Assembly (NCBI GenBank): GCA_039208735.1
Contig: JBCCQY010000065.1
Location: forward strand, 1 to 44,051
Source of the DNA: Myxococcota bacterium
GTDB taxonomy: Bacteria > Myxococcota_A > UBA796 > GCA-2862545
Direction of reading: 5' to 3'
Length of the DNA stretch: 44,051 nucleotides
Position 1 is the first letter of the stretch, and the number at the start of each line of letters is the position of its first letter. The position numbers and the translations under genes are program-made. The notes under the pieces were generated by a model. That model was not told where the DNA came from, did no database searches, and worked only from the letters and a program-made list of their open reading frames with translations. This document shows positions 1-9,692 of this stretch, in pieces.

Positions 1-16
1 CGCCGGAAGATGCGAG

Positions 17-90
17 TCGGGGTGGCAGGATTCGAACCTACGACTTCCTGCTCCCGAAGCAGGCGCGCTACCAGGCTGCGCTACACCCCG
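17..90 (-). tRNA. tRNA-Pro(CGG)
   Basis: The reverse complement reads CGGGGTG TA GCGC AGCCTGGTA GCGC G CCTGC TTCGGGA GCAGG AAGTC GTAGG TTCGAAT CCTGC CACCCCG A. This is a canonical cloverleaf with anticodon CGG. CCA is not encoded. Confidence 0.97.
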
Positions 91-141
91 TCTTGCCCAA
101 TCCCTTAGTGGTTCCGATACCGGCCGGCAAGCAGCGATGGC

Positions 142-1365
142 CTACAACCGGTAGAGAATCGAGCAGCCGCCCATCGCCGACGCCCCACGCACCAATTCGG
201 GGCCGAGCCCGTACCGCTGCACGTTCGCAGGAGCGTCCGTCGTCGTTGGCGCATGCAAGGCTCCGACCCCGCGATCCGCGAGCCCTTTGGCGAGCCGCTT
301 AGCCAGCCCCCGGATGTTCGCGCCACCGCCCGTCAACACCCCATTGAACGAGGTGTGGGCTTCGGAGCGCTCCAAGAACGTGTCCATTTCAGTGAGGATC
401 GCGGTGGCAAAACGATCCACAGCGGCGTCCACACGGTCGACGGTTAGGCCGAACGTCTGTGGCTGGCGCGCTCCCGTCGGCCCCCCAAACACCTGCCGGT
501 GGAAGTGCTCTCGCTCGAGCACGTTGCTCCGCGCTCGGGCGGCATCCTCGTCGGACGCGTCAGCCAAAATCCACTCGTCCAACTTCCGCACGCCCAGCCG
601 CGCCGACATCGCAGGGTCCTGGTCGAACTGACGCCCGTCATGGACAAACCCGGCCAGCGCGATGTCGGTGGTGAATGCGCCCACATCGACGATGAGCACG
701 CCCTGCCCTGGGGTCGATAGCGTGCGCAACACGGAAAGATCCCCAAACATGGCCCCTAGATTGGGCTCCCCCGATGCGGTCAAGGGATTTCGGCCTTCCG
801 ACAACACACCAATGAGGTTCGCTTTGGGCTCCGACATCGTGTACACGCCGTCGTTCACAAACCCGATGTCGCGCATCAGCCCGTCAAGCCGCGAGGCCAA
901 TGGACTGTCGAGCACAAAATCCGGCACACACAGCTGCGCTTGGGCTGCCTTGAAGTCGTCATGGCCGAGCATCGCGGGCAACTGCACGTCGTACAACCAC
1001 CGCAAGTAGCGCTCGACAACGTCGAAGGCGCGCAGCTGCGGCACCTTGGCCACCAACTCGGCCCGGACCTCGGGATCGGCCCCGTCCAACATCGAAAACT
1101 CGCCCTCATCAGGGGCAAACAACTCGGCTTTCCAGTTGTCATGCAACTCGACGCGTGGACCCGCCTTGAGGCCCGCCGCGTGTGGGCCAAACACCCACCG
1201 ATTGCTGGCAGGACTCCGCGCGGCCACCGATGGAATGCAGAAGTGCTGCTCATCGGTCAGATCCGGATGCGTCAGCAGGTGGGTCTCGGCTGGCGGCGCG
1301 ACACGGTACCCGATCTTGGTGAACGAAGCACCAAGGTCGATGCAGAGACTGTCCGGTACGGTCAT
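142..1365 (-). CDS. Hsp70/actin-fold ATPase, nucleotide-binding domain only
   Basis: Motifs IDLGASFTK (phosphate 1), IPSV, LCVPDF, SEPKA, VDVGAFTTD (phosphate 2), LGVRKLD and LTGGGANI (adenosine). Start placed at ATG 1365, which overlaps the upstream stop (ATGA). Confidence 0.85.
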   Translation of the reverse strand: MTVPDSLCIDLGASFTKIGYRVAPPAETHLLTHPDLTDEQHFCIPSVAARSPASNRWVFGPHAAGLKAGPRVELHDNWKAELFAPDEGEFSMLDGADPEVRAELVAKVPQLRAFDVVERYLRWLYDVQLPAMLGHDDFKAAQAQLCVPDFVLDSPLASRLDGLMRDIGFVNDGVYTMSEPKANLIGVLSEGRNPLTASGEPNLGAMFGDLSVLRTLSTPGQGVLIVDVGAFTTDIALAGFVHDGRQFDQDPAMSARLGVRKLDEWILADASDEDAARARSNVLEREHFHRQVFGGPTGARQPQTFGLTVDRVDAAVDRFATAILTEMDTFLERSEAHTSFNGVLTGGGANIRGLAKRLAKGLADRGVGALHAPTTTDAPANVQRYGLGPELVRGASAMGGCSILYRL

Positions 1366-2090
1366 GAAGCTCCTTCCTCGGAAAACTCGACGAGCGCCTT
1401 CTGCAAGATGGTCTCTCCGGCCGGGCCGACCATCGCCCATCCGGGGGCCACGATGGCAGCTGGATCACCAGGGAACAAGCTCTCCTCGCAGGTGTGATGG
1501 CGCGCGTCGAAGTCCACCACCTCACCCACCTCCCCTAGTTGTCGCAACCCGAGCGAGGTCATGGCGCGCGCAAGTCCCCGACGAACCTCCGGATCAAGCT
1601 CCCGCACCCACGACAAGACGAGCTCTTCGGCCCGAACCCGTTCGACCGCCTCGGCCTCGCCCGCTCCCTCCCCGATGAGGTCGCCAAACAGCTCCTGCAC
1701 CGTCTCCTGCACCACCGTCTGCTCGGCCGGCGACGCGGCCGCCTTCCACGCACGGAGCAACGCGGGCTGGTACAGCGCCGATGCCCGACGAACGTGCATG
1801 GGCCGCTGATCGGGCCTTAAGTGCCGCACCAGAAACCGAATGCCTTCGTCGGTCAGCACCACCTGCCGAGCCCGCGCCCCCGCCACCTCCTGCACCAATC
1901 CGCCAAGCAACTGATCGAGCAGCTCGGCGTACGGCGCCCGGCCATGCGGCAACAGGCCGGCGTCTTCGGGCCCCCGCCGAGGCGCAAACAACCGCATGGG
2001 TCCGTCGACCCGAACAATCCGCTCAAGTAGCGAAAGCAGGCTCGGCTCGGCCGAGCTGGCGTCAGAAGCACGCGACGTCACTGCCGCCAT
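1362..2090 (-). CDS. Hypothetical protein with GrpE-like C-terminal beta domain
   Basis: The C-terminus GEVVDFDARHH...PGDPAAIVAPGW...ILQKALV resembles the GrpE pattern G-x-x-FDP-x-x-H...V-x-x-GY...LRPA-x-V. Start uncertain (2090, or up to 2165). Confidence 0.65.
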   Translation of the reverse strand: MAAVTSRASDASSAEPSLLSLLERIVRVDGPMRLFAPRRGPEDAGLLPHGRAPYAELLDQLLGGLVQEVAGARARQVVLTDEGIRFLVRHLRPDQRPMHVRRASALYQPALLRAWKAAASPAEQTVVQETVQELFGDLIGEGAGEAEAVERVRAEELVLSWVRELDPEVRRGLARAMTSLGLRQLGEVGEVVDFDARHHTCEESLFPGDPAAIVAPGWAMVGPAGETILQKALVEFSEEGAS

Positions 2091-2167
2091 GTAGCCAGAC
2101 GGAATGGGGAAGGCAGCGATGGTGTACGTTGAATCGATCCCCCTCGCGAGGGACGATGGAGGCACCC

Positions 2168-2926
2168 ATGATGTGGCTGGTACTGGCGATAGGCTGCGAT
2201 CTCACCGAGATCGTCGATCAGATCGACGGGATTACCAATCCGCTCGTCACCGAAGCCCTGGTGCTTGGCGTGGCGGAACCCGCCGACGAACGGATCGACT
2301 TGTCCTCCATCGGCTACGATCCTGGAGCCAACGCGACCGTATTCCTCGCCAACGCCTCAAACGTCAACGATCTCGACAATGCCCTGGTCTCTGGGGCCAC
2401 GGTGACCGCAAGCGATGGGCCCACCTCGGCAGAGCTCCCCGAACGCGAGAACGGCGTCTATGTGAGCAACCCCGGATCTGGACTCGACTACGTGCCCGGT
2501 CGGACCATGACGATCTCCGCGGTGCTGGACGATCGCTCGGGGAGCGGCGCGCTTGAGCTGCCCGAAGGCGCCGGGCTCGGGATCATGGAGGATCACATGG
2601 TCGGCGAACCGATCGAGGTCGATGTGACGGGCAAAGGCTACACGGGCTCACTCATCGTGGTGTTCGATACGACCTCGGGCCGTGTCACCTACAGCAACGA
2701 GCCCACCGACGCCCGGGGCGTCTACGACCTCACCCGCGGCACCACCGAACTGACAATGGTGACCATCCCCGGCAAAGCCTTCCCCGACGAGTCGGTCTAC
2801 GCACTCGGGTTCGCAGGCCTCGTGCACACGGGCTCGGACGACTTTGAAGGGTTGAACACCCTACTTTCCGGCATGGTGGCCGGACAGCTCGAGTTCTACC
2901 CCGTGGTCACAGTGCCCCTGCCTTAG
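2168..2926 (+). CDS. Putative lipoprotein
   Basis: GGAGG RBS at 2158-2162. Short signal MMWLVLAIGC with a lipobox-like Cys, followed by a beta-rich body. Confidence 0.75.
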   Translation: MMWLVLAIGCDLTEIVDQIDGITNPLVTEALVLGVAEPADERIDLSSIGYDPGANATVFLANASNVNDLDNALVSGATVTASDGPTSAELPERENGVYVSNPGSGLDYVPGRTMTISAVLDDRSGSGALELPEGAGLGIMEDHMVGEPIEVDVTGKGYTGSLIVVFDTTSGRVTYSNEPTDARGVYDLTRGTTELTMVTIPGKAFPDESVYALGFAGLVHTGSDDFEGLNTLLSGMVAGQLEFYPVVTVPLP

Positions 2927-3306
2927 CGCGTATACGCGGGAGGATCGCTGGCTGGAAAGCTATCGTTTCCCGCCAGATCCACTGGGTCCCACTCCACTCG
3001 CAATGCGGTTGGCGGCTGATCCTCGAGGCTCGAGATCACCTCCGGTTCATGCTCCGCGCCCACGATCACGACCCACGGCCCGTCCTCGAAGGGCAGCCGC
3101 CGGAGCGTCTCGAGGGCCCAGCCGTCCCCGCGGCATCGTGGACCAAAGCGGGCTTCAACGTCGACCTCGGAGGCCACCACCTCGATCCAGGTGCCTTCGG
3201 ACAACTGCTCACGCAGCCGATCCGCTGCGGCTTCGGCCTCCGGGTGCATGCCGTAGCGCACCAGCACGAACGCTCTTGGTTCGAAATTCACGAAGTCTCC
3301 TGGCAT
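2923..3306 (-). CDS. Hypothetical protein ending in DSFPASDPP motif
   Basis: 127 aa ORF co-oriented with and downstream of rpe, with plausible composition. Confidence 0.6.
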   Translation of the reverse strand: MPGDFVNFEPRAFVLVRYGMHPEAEAAADRLREQLSEGTWIEVVASEVDVEARFGPRCRGDGWALETLRRLPFEDGPWVVIVGAEHEPEVISSLEDQPPTALRVEWDPVDLAGNDSFPASDPPAYTR

Positions 3307-3352
3307 TGACTTCTAGATTCTCTCACGAACGAGGCCGTGCGGTCTTGCAGGA

Positions 3353-4003
3353 TCAGGCGGCGAGGATGGCCTTCACCGCCGCTTCTCGGTTCTCGGCCCC
3401 GAAGATCCCCGACCCCACGACCAGCACATCGGCGCCAGCGGCGGTAAACCGATGGGCATTGTGTGGCTTGATGCCACCATCCACCTCGATTTTCGTCGAG
3501 AGCCCACGCTGATCGATGGTTCGGCGAAGCGCCTCGATCTTAGGGAACACGGCTTCGATCAAGGTCTGCCCACCAAAGCCCGGATTCACGCTCATCACCA
3601 GCACCAATTCGAGCTCATCGAGCACGTAGTCGAGCACGCTGGGCGGGGTGTGAGGATTCAGCGACACCCCTGCGGTCGCGCCTCCCGCCTTGATTTGCTG
3701 GATGGTGCGGTGCAGGTGGCGCGAGGCTTCGACATGGACCGTGATGTTGTCGGCCCCGGCGGCCCGAAATGCATCGACATGGCGCTCGGGTTCCTCGATC
3801 ATCAGGTGGCAATCCACTCGGGCATCCCCGGCCGACCGCCGCACCGCCTTCACCACGTCCGGACCAATGGTGAGGTTGGGCACGAACCGCCCATCCATGA
3901 CATCGACATGGATCCAGGTGGCGCCGTAGCGACGGACCTCCTCGATGTCGCGTGCGAGGTGTCCAAAGTCAGCCGAGAGAATGGAGGGTGCAACAGTTGC
4001 CAT
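3353..4003 (-). CDS. rpe: Ribulose-phosphate 3-epimerase
   Basis: Motifs APSILSADF, HVDVMDGRFVPN, HLMI, MSVNPGFGGQ and EVDGGI. Confidence 0.97.
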   Translation of the reverse strand: MATVAPSILSADFGHLARDIEEVRRYGATWIHVDVMDGRFVPNLTIGPDVVKAVRRSAGDARVDCHLMIEEPERHVDAFRAAGADNITVHVEASRHLHRTIQQIKAGGATAGVSLNPHTPPSVLDYVLDELELVLVMSVNPGFGGQTLIEAVFPKIEALRRTIDQRGLSTKIEVDGGIKPHNAHRFTAAGADVLVVGSGIFGAENREAAVKAILAA

Positions 4004-4079
4004 GCCGGCCGCCGTAGCCATTGGCGAAGCCGTCGTCCACCTGTCGTCGGTGGCCCTCATCAACGATTAGAAGGACCGC

Positions 4080-4808
4080 ATGCGACGACCTTTCCGAGTC
4101 TATGGCCATCGGGGTGCCGCCGCTCACCACCCCGAGAACACCGCACGATCGTTTCATGCCGCGATGGCCGATGGCGCCGATGCCCTCGAGACCGACGTCC
4201 GCATGTCGAGAGACGGTGAGATGGTTGTGTTTCATGACGCCGAAGGCACTCGCACGTGTGGCATCGACAAGAAACTCATCGACTGCTCATGGAGCGAGAT
4301 CAAGACGTGGGACGCCGGTGAGGGCGAGTCCCCCATCTTGCTGGATGAGATGCTCGAGACCTGGCCCGACACCTTCATCAACATCGATGTAAAGGATGAA
4401 TCGGTCGAAGCCGCCAAACGAACGCTATCGATCATCCACTCCCGCAAGGCGTCGATCGGACTTGGCAGCTTCCATCCCAAGGTCGCACGCTTCATCGACG
4501 AGTCGGACTTCGGGGGGCAGCTCGCCTTCGTGACCCACGAGGTGGTTGCGGCCCGCTTTCTCCCTGCCTTCGTGGCCCGCCGCATCGTACGGGGCAACGC
4601 AGCGCAGATCCCCACCGTCGGTAGCGGGATCCCACTGGACGGGCCGGGGTTCATCCGCAAGCTCCACCACATGGATTGTCGTGTTGATTACTGGACGATC
4701 GACGATCCAGAGGTCGCGGTACAACTCGTACGGAACGGCGCGGATGGCATCGTGACCAACGATCCGAAGGCGATCACCGAGGCATTATCGGCGGCGGGCC
4801 TCCGCTAA
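4080..4808 (+). CDS. Glycerophosphodiester phosphodiesterase family protein
   Basis: Motifs GHRG, PENT, ETDV, VFHD, WTID and GADGIVTNDP. Confidence 0.93.
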   Translation: MRRPFRVYGHRGAAAHHPENTARSFHAAMADGADALETDVRMSRDGEMVVFHDAEGTRTCGIDKKLIDCSWSEIKTWDAGEGESPILLDEMLETWPDTFINIDVKDESVEAAKRTLSIIHSRKASIGLGSFHPKVARFIDESDFGGQLAFVTHEVVAARFLPAFVARRIVRGNAAQIPTVGSGIPLDGPGFIRKLHHMDCRVDYWTIDDPEVAVQLVRNGADGIVTNDPKAITEALSAAGLR

Positions 4809-5224
4809 CGTCGATCGTCGTCTTCAAGGCCCAGGTCCGCAAAGTCTCCCGCGTTGGACCCGAACATTTCGGTCGCCTGGATCTCGTTGGTACTGTCGCC
4901 TCCGTACGCACGAACCTCCCCCCCGAAGTGGTGGGTGGCCGTAGGATCGTCGTGCGGACTTTCCCCCCCGGAATCCTCAAGCTCATCGTGCAGCGGCGTG
5001 GTGGGTGGCGGCACCCGTCGGGCTTGTGGCGTGTGGGCGATCTCACGCGTGGGGACAAGCGATCGCGGATCAGAAACGGGACGGGGCTCGGAAGGTTCGA
5101 CGCGGGCCGAATCTTCGGCGGACCGAATCGCGACGACGCCACCGAGCACCAACAGGGCCCCAAACACCATCAAAATGGCCATGGCCGCCGTCACCAAGGC
5201 AATCGCGATGAAGATGGTCGACAA
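4805..5224 (-). CDS. Small membrane-anchored hypothetical protein
   Basis: Strong GAGGAGGAG RBS upstream of a TTG start at 5224. N-terminal hydrophobic helix followed by an acidic, disordered tail. Confidence 0.55.
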   Translation of the reverse strand: MSTIFIAIALVTAAMAILMVFGALLVLGGVVAIRSAEDSARVEPSEPRPVSDPRSLVPTREIAHTPQARRVPPPTTPLHDELEDSGGESPHDDPTATHHFGGEVRAYGGDSTNEIQATEMFGSNAGDFADLGLEDDDRR

Positions 5225-5322
5225 AGGGCGCTCCTCCTCGCCCCAGCAACTTAGCAAGGAGGCGAGTCCATGGGGATCGAGCGCTTCACAGGTCAGGTTA
5301 CCCACGGGCTGCAGGAGGCGAG

Positions 5323-6951
5323 ATGAACGCCGCAATCCCCAACATTCCGAAACCCATCAATGAGCCCGTTCGACCCTATGCGCCCGGCGATGCCGACCGC
5401 GAGGCGGTGAAGCAAGCCCTCGACCATGCCGCAGGCGAAGTGGTCGAGATTCCCTGCATCATCAACGGGGAACGCGTTTTCACAGGCAATGTGGTCGAAC
5501 AGACCATGCCTTGCGATCATCAGCACGTCTTGGCCAAGGTGCACCTCGCGGGGCCGGAGGAGGTCGAACGTGCCGCAACCGCGGCCGAGTCCGCTCGACA
5601 AGCCTGGGCCGAGCTTGATTACGCGGACCGCGCCAGCATCTACCTCAAGGCGGCCGATCTGCTCGCGGGGCCCCATCGAGCCAAGGTGAACGCGTCGTGC
5701 ATGCTCGGCCAGGCCAAGACCGTTCATCAGGCCGAGATCGATGCGGCCTGCGAACTCATCGACTTTTGGCGGTTCAACGCGGCCTACCTCGATGCGGTCT
5801 ACGCAGAGCAGCCCCCGGAGAACTCGCCGGGCGTCTGGAACCGCCTCGATCACCGTCCCCTCGATGGGTTCGTCTTTGCCGTGACCCCCTTCAACTTCAC
5901 GGCGATCGGGTTGAACCTCCCCACCGCGCCGACGATGGTGGGCAACACGGTCGTGTGGAAGCCCTCGCTGACCGCCTCGTTGTCCAACTTCCGGGCCTTC
6001 GAAGTATTGGAAGAAGCTGGACTCCCTCCCGGTGTGATCAACCTTGTTCACGGACACGGAGCCGATGTGGGCGATCCCATCCTGGCCCGGCCCGAACTCG
6101 CGGGGCTCCATTTCACAGGCTCGACCGCCACCTTCCAGCACCTTTGGCGGTCGATCGGCAACAACATTGCCCAATACCGGCAGTACCCTAGGATTGTTGG
6201 TGAAACGGGTGGAAAAGACTTCATCGTCGCCCACCCGTCCGCCGACCCTGCCGCTGTGGCCACCGCCATCTTGCGGGGGGCGTTCGAGTACCAAGGCCAA
6301 AAGTGTTCCGCGGCCTCCCGGATGTACCTGCCAAAGTCCCTCTGGGCCGACATCCGAGAGCGGGTCACCGCTGAGCTGCCGACCATGAAGATGGGGGACG
6401 TGCGGGACTTTTCGAACTTCTTAGCCGCGGTGATCGACCAACGCGCGTTTGAAAAGCATCAGCGCTACCTCGAGATCGGCAAACAGACGGCCGAGACGGT
6501 GGCCGGAGGGGAGGCCGACGGCGCCAAGGGCTGGTTCGTGCAGCCGACCCTCTTCCGCGTCGACGATCCGAAGCACCAGCTGATGCGGGAGGAGATCTTC
6601 GGTCCCATCGCGACCGTCTACATCTTCGAGGACGCACAGTGGGATGCGACGCTGGATCTCGTGGACAGCACGAGCCCCTACGCGCTGACTGGCGCGGTGT
6701 TCGCACGAGACCGGTACGCGGTCGACGCTGCAGCAAAGCGGCTTCGCTTCTCGGCCGGCAACTTCTACATCAACGACAAGCCCACGGGGGCGGTCGTCGG
6801 GCAGCAGCCGTTTGGGGGGTCCCGGGCCTCGGGGACCAACGACAAGGCAGGCTCCTTGCTCAACCTGCTGCGGTGGACAAGCCCTCGCGCGATCAAGGAG
6901 AACTTCCGGTCCCCCACGGACTGGCGCTACCCCTTCCTGGGCACGCCGTAG
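5323..6951 (+). CDS. pruA: L-glutamate gamma-semialdehyde (1-pyrroline-5-carboxylate) dehydrogenase
   Basis: Motifs NEPVRPYAPG, EIDAACELIDFWRFN, PFNFTAI, GETGGK, FEYQGQKCSAASR and PTGAVVGQQPFGGSRASGTNDKAG. Confidence 0.96.
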   Translation: MNAAIPNIPKPINEPVRPYAPGDADREAVKQALDHAAGEVVEIPCIINGERVFTGNVVEQTMPCDHQHVLAKVHLAGPEEVERAATAAESARQAWAELDYADRASIYLKAADLLAGPHRAKVNASCMLGQAKTVHQAEIDAACELIDFWRFNAAYLDAVYAEQPPENSPGVWNRLDHRPLDGFVFAVTPFNFTAIGLNLPTAPTMVGNTVVWKPSLTASLSNFRAFEVLEEAGLPPGVINLVHGHGADVGDPILARPELAGLHFTGSTATFQHLWRSIGNNIAQYRQYPRIVGETGGKDFIVAHPSADPAAVATAILRGAFEYQGQKCSAASRMYLPKSLWADIRERVTAELPTMKMGDVRDFSNFLAAVIDQRAFEKHQRYLEIGKQTAETVAGGEADGAKGWFVQPTLFRVDDPKHQLMREEIFGPIATVYIFEDAQWDATLDLVDSTSPYALTGAVFARDRYAVDAAAKRLRFSAGNFYINDKPTGAVVGQQPFGGSRASGTNDKAGSLLNLLRWTSPRAIKENFRSPTDWRYPFLGTP

Positions 6952-7715
6952 TGCGCATCGTCAGCCTCACCTGCTCGAACACCGAGATCGTGTGTGCACT
7001 TGGCGCGCACGAACAGCTCGTGGGCGTCGACGATCACTCCGACTTCCCCGTCGACGTGGTGAATGCGCTGCCCCGGGTGGGGCCCGACCTGCAGATCGAC
7101 CCGGACAAGGTGGCGGCGCTCAAGCCTGACCTCGTGCTCGCCTCACTCACCGTTCCGGGACACGAAAAGGTGGTGGCGTCGATCGAAGCTCGCGGTCTGC
7201 CCACGATTGCTCCGGCCCCCGAACGGCTCGAAGACGTCTTCTCGGACATCCGCGAGATCGCCCGACTCCTCGGCGTCGAAGGCCGCGGAGAAGCGCTGGT
7301 GGCGAAGATGAAGGCCGCGATGCCCAAGGTCGAACGGGCCGCCCCACCGCGCATCCTCGTGGAATGGTGGCCCAAGCCCGTGATCGTGCCGGGCCAACGG
7401 TCTTGGGTCACCGACCTCATCGAACTCGCCGGAGGCACGAACCCAGCCGGCGACTGGCCGGTACTCTCCACCCCCATCACCGACGAACAGGCGCAGGAAC
7501 TGCGACCCGATGCGGCGGTGATCAGCTGGTGCGGCGTACCCTTCGAGAAGTACCGCCGCGATGTGGTCCAACGTCGACCTGCCTGGCAAGCCTTGCCCGC
7601 GCTGCAAGCAGACCAGATCCACAACGTTCCCGAGGCGTACCTGGGTCGGCCCGGCCCTCGTCTCGTCGATGGCTACCGGGCGCTGCGTGCGATCGTGGAC
7701 GGAATCAGCGGTTGA
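6951..7715 (+). CDS. BtuF-like cobalamin/metal ABC substrate-binding protein
   Basis: GTG start overlaps the pruA stop. Motifs RIVSLTCSNTEIVCALG, VGVDDHSDFP, LKPDLVL and RPGPRLVDG. No signal peptide visible. Confidence 0.88.
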   Translation: MRIVSLTCSNTEIVCALGAHEQLVGVDDHSDFPVDVVNALPRVGPDLQIDPDKVAALKPDLVLASLTVPGHEKVVASIEARGLPTIAPAPERLEDVFSDIREIARLLGVEGRGEALVAKMKAAMPKVERAAPPRILVEWWPKPVIVPGQRSWVTDLIELAGGTNPAGDWPVLSTPITDEQAQELRPDAAVISWCGVPFEKYRRDVVQRRPAWQALPALQADQIHNVPEAYLGRPGPRLVDGYRALRAIVDGISG

Positions 7716-8616
7716 ACGTCACGTCGGAAAGGCACGTGTCGTTGAACTTCGTGCCCTTCCGCACCGCGTCGATCGTGAGCTTGACCTTGTCGGTCTTGTG
7801 GGGCGCTTCGAAGCGAATCGGCTGATCGAGGGGCAGATCCTTCAGCTCGATCTTCTGGGTGCTGCCGTCTCCAAAGTCAACCGTCATCTGACTCGGCATG
7901 TTGCCGGTCTTGTGGATGGCGAGGCTCGCGCACATGCCTGGGCAAACCTTCATCGACGAAATCGTGGTGGCCTCCGCAAGCTGGAACTCCACCCACTGCC
8001 CCAGACCCTCGGTCTCTTTGTCGCCCTCACACCACATGGTGTCCTTCACGCCGTCTGCGGCCTGCAAGGCATCGTACATGCCCTCATCGTCGGACGGAAA
8101 CTCGCTGGAGGCACTGGCCGTCTTGACGGTGACCGTCTTGCCGGGCTGATCGTCGAAGATCTGAATCTCAGAGATGGCCGCATCGGGAAACGCGGTGCCG
8201 GAGTACAACGCATTGATCTTGAAGCGGATTGAGCTGGTCTTTTTCGGGGTCTTTGGCGTGAAGGTCTGTACCTTCCACTCGTCCGTCAGCTCCCAGATCT
8301 CGGTCGACCCATCGGAATACTTGACCTCGACCATCTTGGGGCGGTTCGCACGCGACCAATAGGTGTGGCTCGTCCAATCGCCGGCCCACATCTTGATCGT
8401 GGTCACGGTGTGCTCGCCGCCAAGGTCGACCTTCACCCAACTGCCCACGCCGCTCCCCGGCTCACCTTCGAACCAGGGCTGTGTGCTGCGGTCGTGCACA
8501 TTCCCGGGCAAGTACGTCGACCCTTTCTCGGAGTAGAACGACTTCGCCTCGGCGCCCGCAATCTTCACGGGTGCGGCGGATGCCGTCGTTCCAAGGGCCA
8601 GCAAGAACACCATCAT
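7705..8616 (-). CDS. Secreted protein with two tandem discoidin/F5-8-like (NADase-type glycan-binding) domains
   Basis: Signal peptide, then two repeats of W-x-EG...G-x-G-x-W-x-x-x-x-L...G-x-x-F-x-D-x-x-(I/L)S(E/D). Confidence 0.75.
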   Translation of the reverse strand: MMVFLLALGTTASAAPVKIAGAEAKSFYSEKGSTYLPGNVHDRSTQPWFEGEPGSGVGSWVKVDLGGEHTVTTIKMWAGDWTSHTYWSRANRPKMVEVKYSDGSTEIWELTDEWKVQTFTPKTPKKTSSIRFKINALYSGTAFPDAAISEIQIFDDQPGKTVTVKTASASSEFPSDDEGMYDALQAADGVKDTMWCEGDKETEGLGQWVEFQLAEATTISSMKVCPGMCASLAIHKTGNMPSQMTVDFGDGSTQKIELKDLPLDQPIRFEAPHKTDKVKLTIDAVRKGTKFNDTCLSDVTFNR

Positions 8617-8717
8617 GATCAGAAGCCTCCGTCGGCGCCCCCGTATACTCGACCTTGTGGGGCGGCGCATGCCACCGGGGCGCCGTATCTCAACGCGCGA
8701 GGGTTCCCGCGTCATCC

Positions 8718-9692
8718 CTACAGTCGACGCATGCGAATCTGATCGACGCCGTGGTTGGGGCCTTTCCGCAGGATGAGCGTCGCTCGTTCCCGAGTGGGCG
8801 CGATGTTTTCGATGAGGTTGCGCTCATTGATGCGCTTCCAGACGTCGATCGCGTAATCGTCTGCCTCTTCGTCCGTATACGAGGCAAATCGGTGGAAGTA
8901 GTGGTCGGGGTCGCGAAACGCCGTGTCACGAAGTTTGCGAAAGCGCTCGACGTACCAGCGTCGTAGGTCGACAAGCGCCGCATCCAAATAAATCGTGAAA
9001 TCAAAGAAGTCGCTAACGAACGCGCCACTGCCTGACTGAAGCACGTTGAGACCCTCGACAACGACGATGTCAGGCTCCTCAACCAGCCGTCGTTCTCCGC
9101 GGAGCACGTCGTAGTGGTCGTGACTGTAGACGGGATGCTCGACCCGACGGGCCCCCGACTTGAGTTCGCGAACGAACCGCAGCAATCCAGATCGGTCGTA
9201 AGACTCGGGAAATCCTTTGCGATCCATCAGACCACGCGCTTCGAGCTCAGCATTTGGCCACAAAAACCCATCGGTTGTGACCAAACTCACCCGGCGCGCA
9301 TCGCCAATTCGCGCGAGCAGCGAGCAGATGACGCGAGCCAGGGTGCTCTTGCCCACCGCAACGCTGCCCGCAAGACCGATCACGAATGGCAATCGAGCCC
9401 CGTCCTCACCAAGGAATCGCGAGGTCGTTTCGTGCATCCGCGCCAATCCCTGCGACCACAGGTCGAGCAAGCGAACCAGCGGCAGATAGACGGTCTCGAC
9501 CTCGTCGAGATCGAGGGGCACGTTGAGTCCGCGCAACTCGTCGATGTCGGCCTGCGACAGCAACAGCGGTACGTCGGCTCGCAAAGCGGCCCAACTCTGC
9601 CGGTCAAAGGTTCGCCAGGGGGTAGGGATCGGGCTCTCCGTGAAGGCCGCATCTATCCCGTCCCGAACGGGACGCCGCCCAACACTTGACAT
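8718..9692 (-). CDS. coaA: Type I pantothenate kinase
   Basis: Motifs GSVAVGKST, TTDGFL, RKGFPESYD, PVYSH, EGLNVLQ and VSDFFDF. Confidence 0.97.
   Translation of the reverse strand: MSSVGRRPVRDGIDAAFTESPIPTPWRTFDRQSWAALRADVPLLLSQADIDELRGLNVPLDLDEVETVYLPLVRLLDLWSQGLARMHETTSRFLGEDGARLPFVIGLAGSVAVGKSTLARVICSLLARIGDARRVSLVTTDGFLWPNAELEARGLMDRKGFPESYDRSGLLRFVRELKSGARRVEHPVYSHDHYDVLRGERRLVEEPDIVVVEGLNVLQSGSGAFVSDFFDFTIYLDAALVDLRRWYVERFRKLRDTAFRDPDHYFHRFASYTDEEADDYAIDVWKRINERNLIENIAPTRERATLILRKGPNHGVDQIRMRRL

Noticed and set aside
17..142. tRNA-Pro as an integration site for the Hsp70-like pair
   Set aside because: The genes lie on the 5' side of the tRNA. No integrase or duplicated tRNA 3' end is seen in the window.
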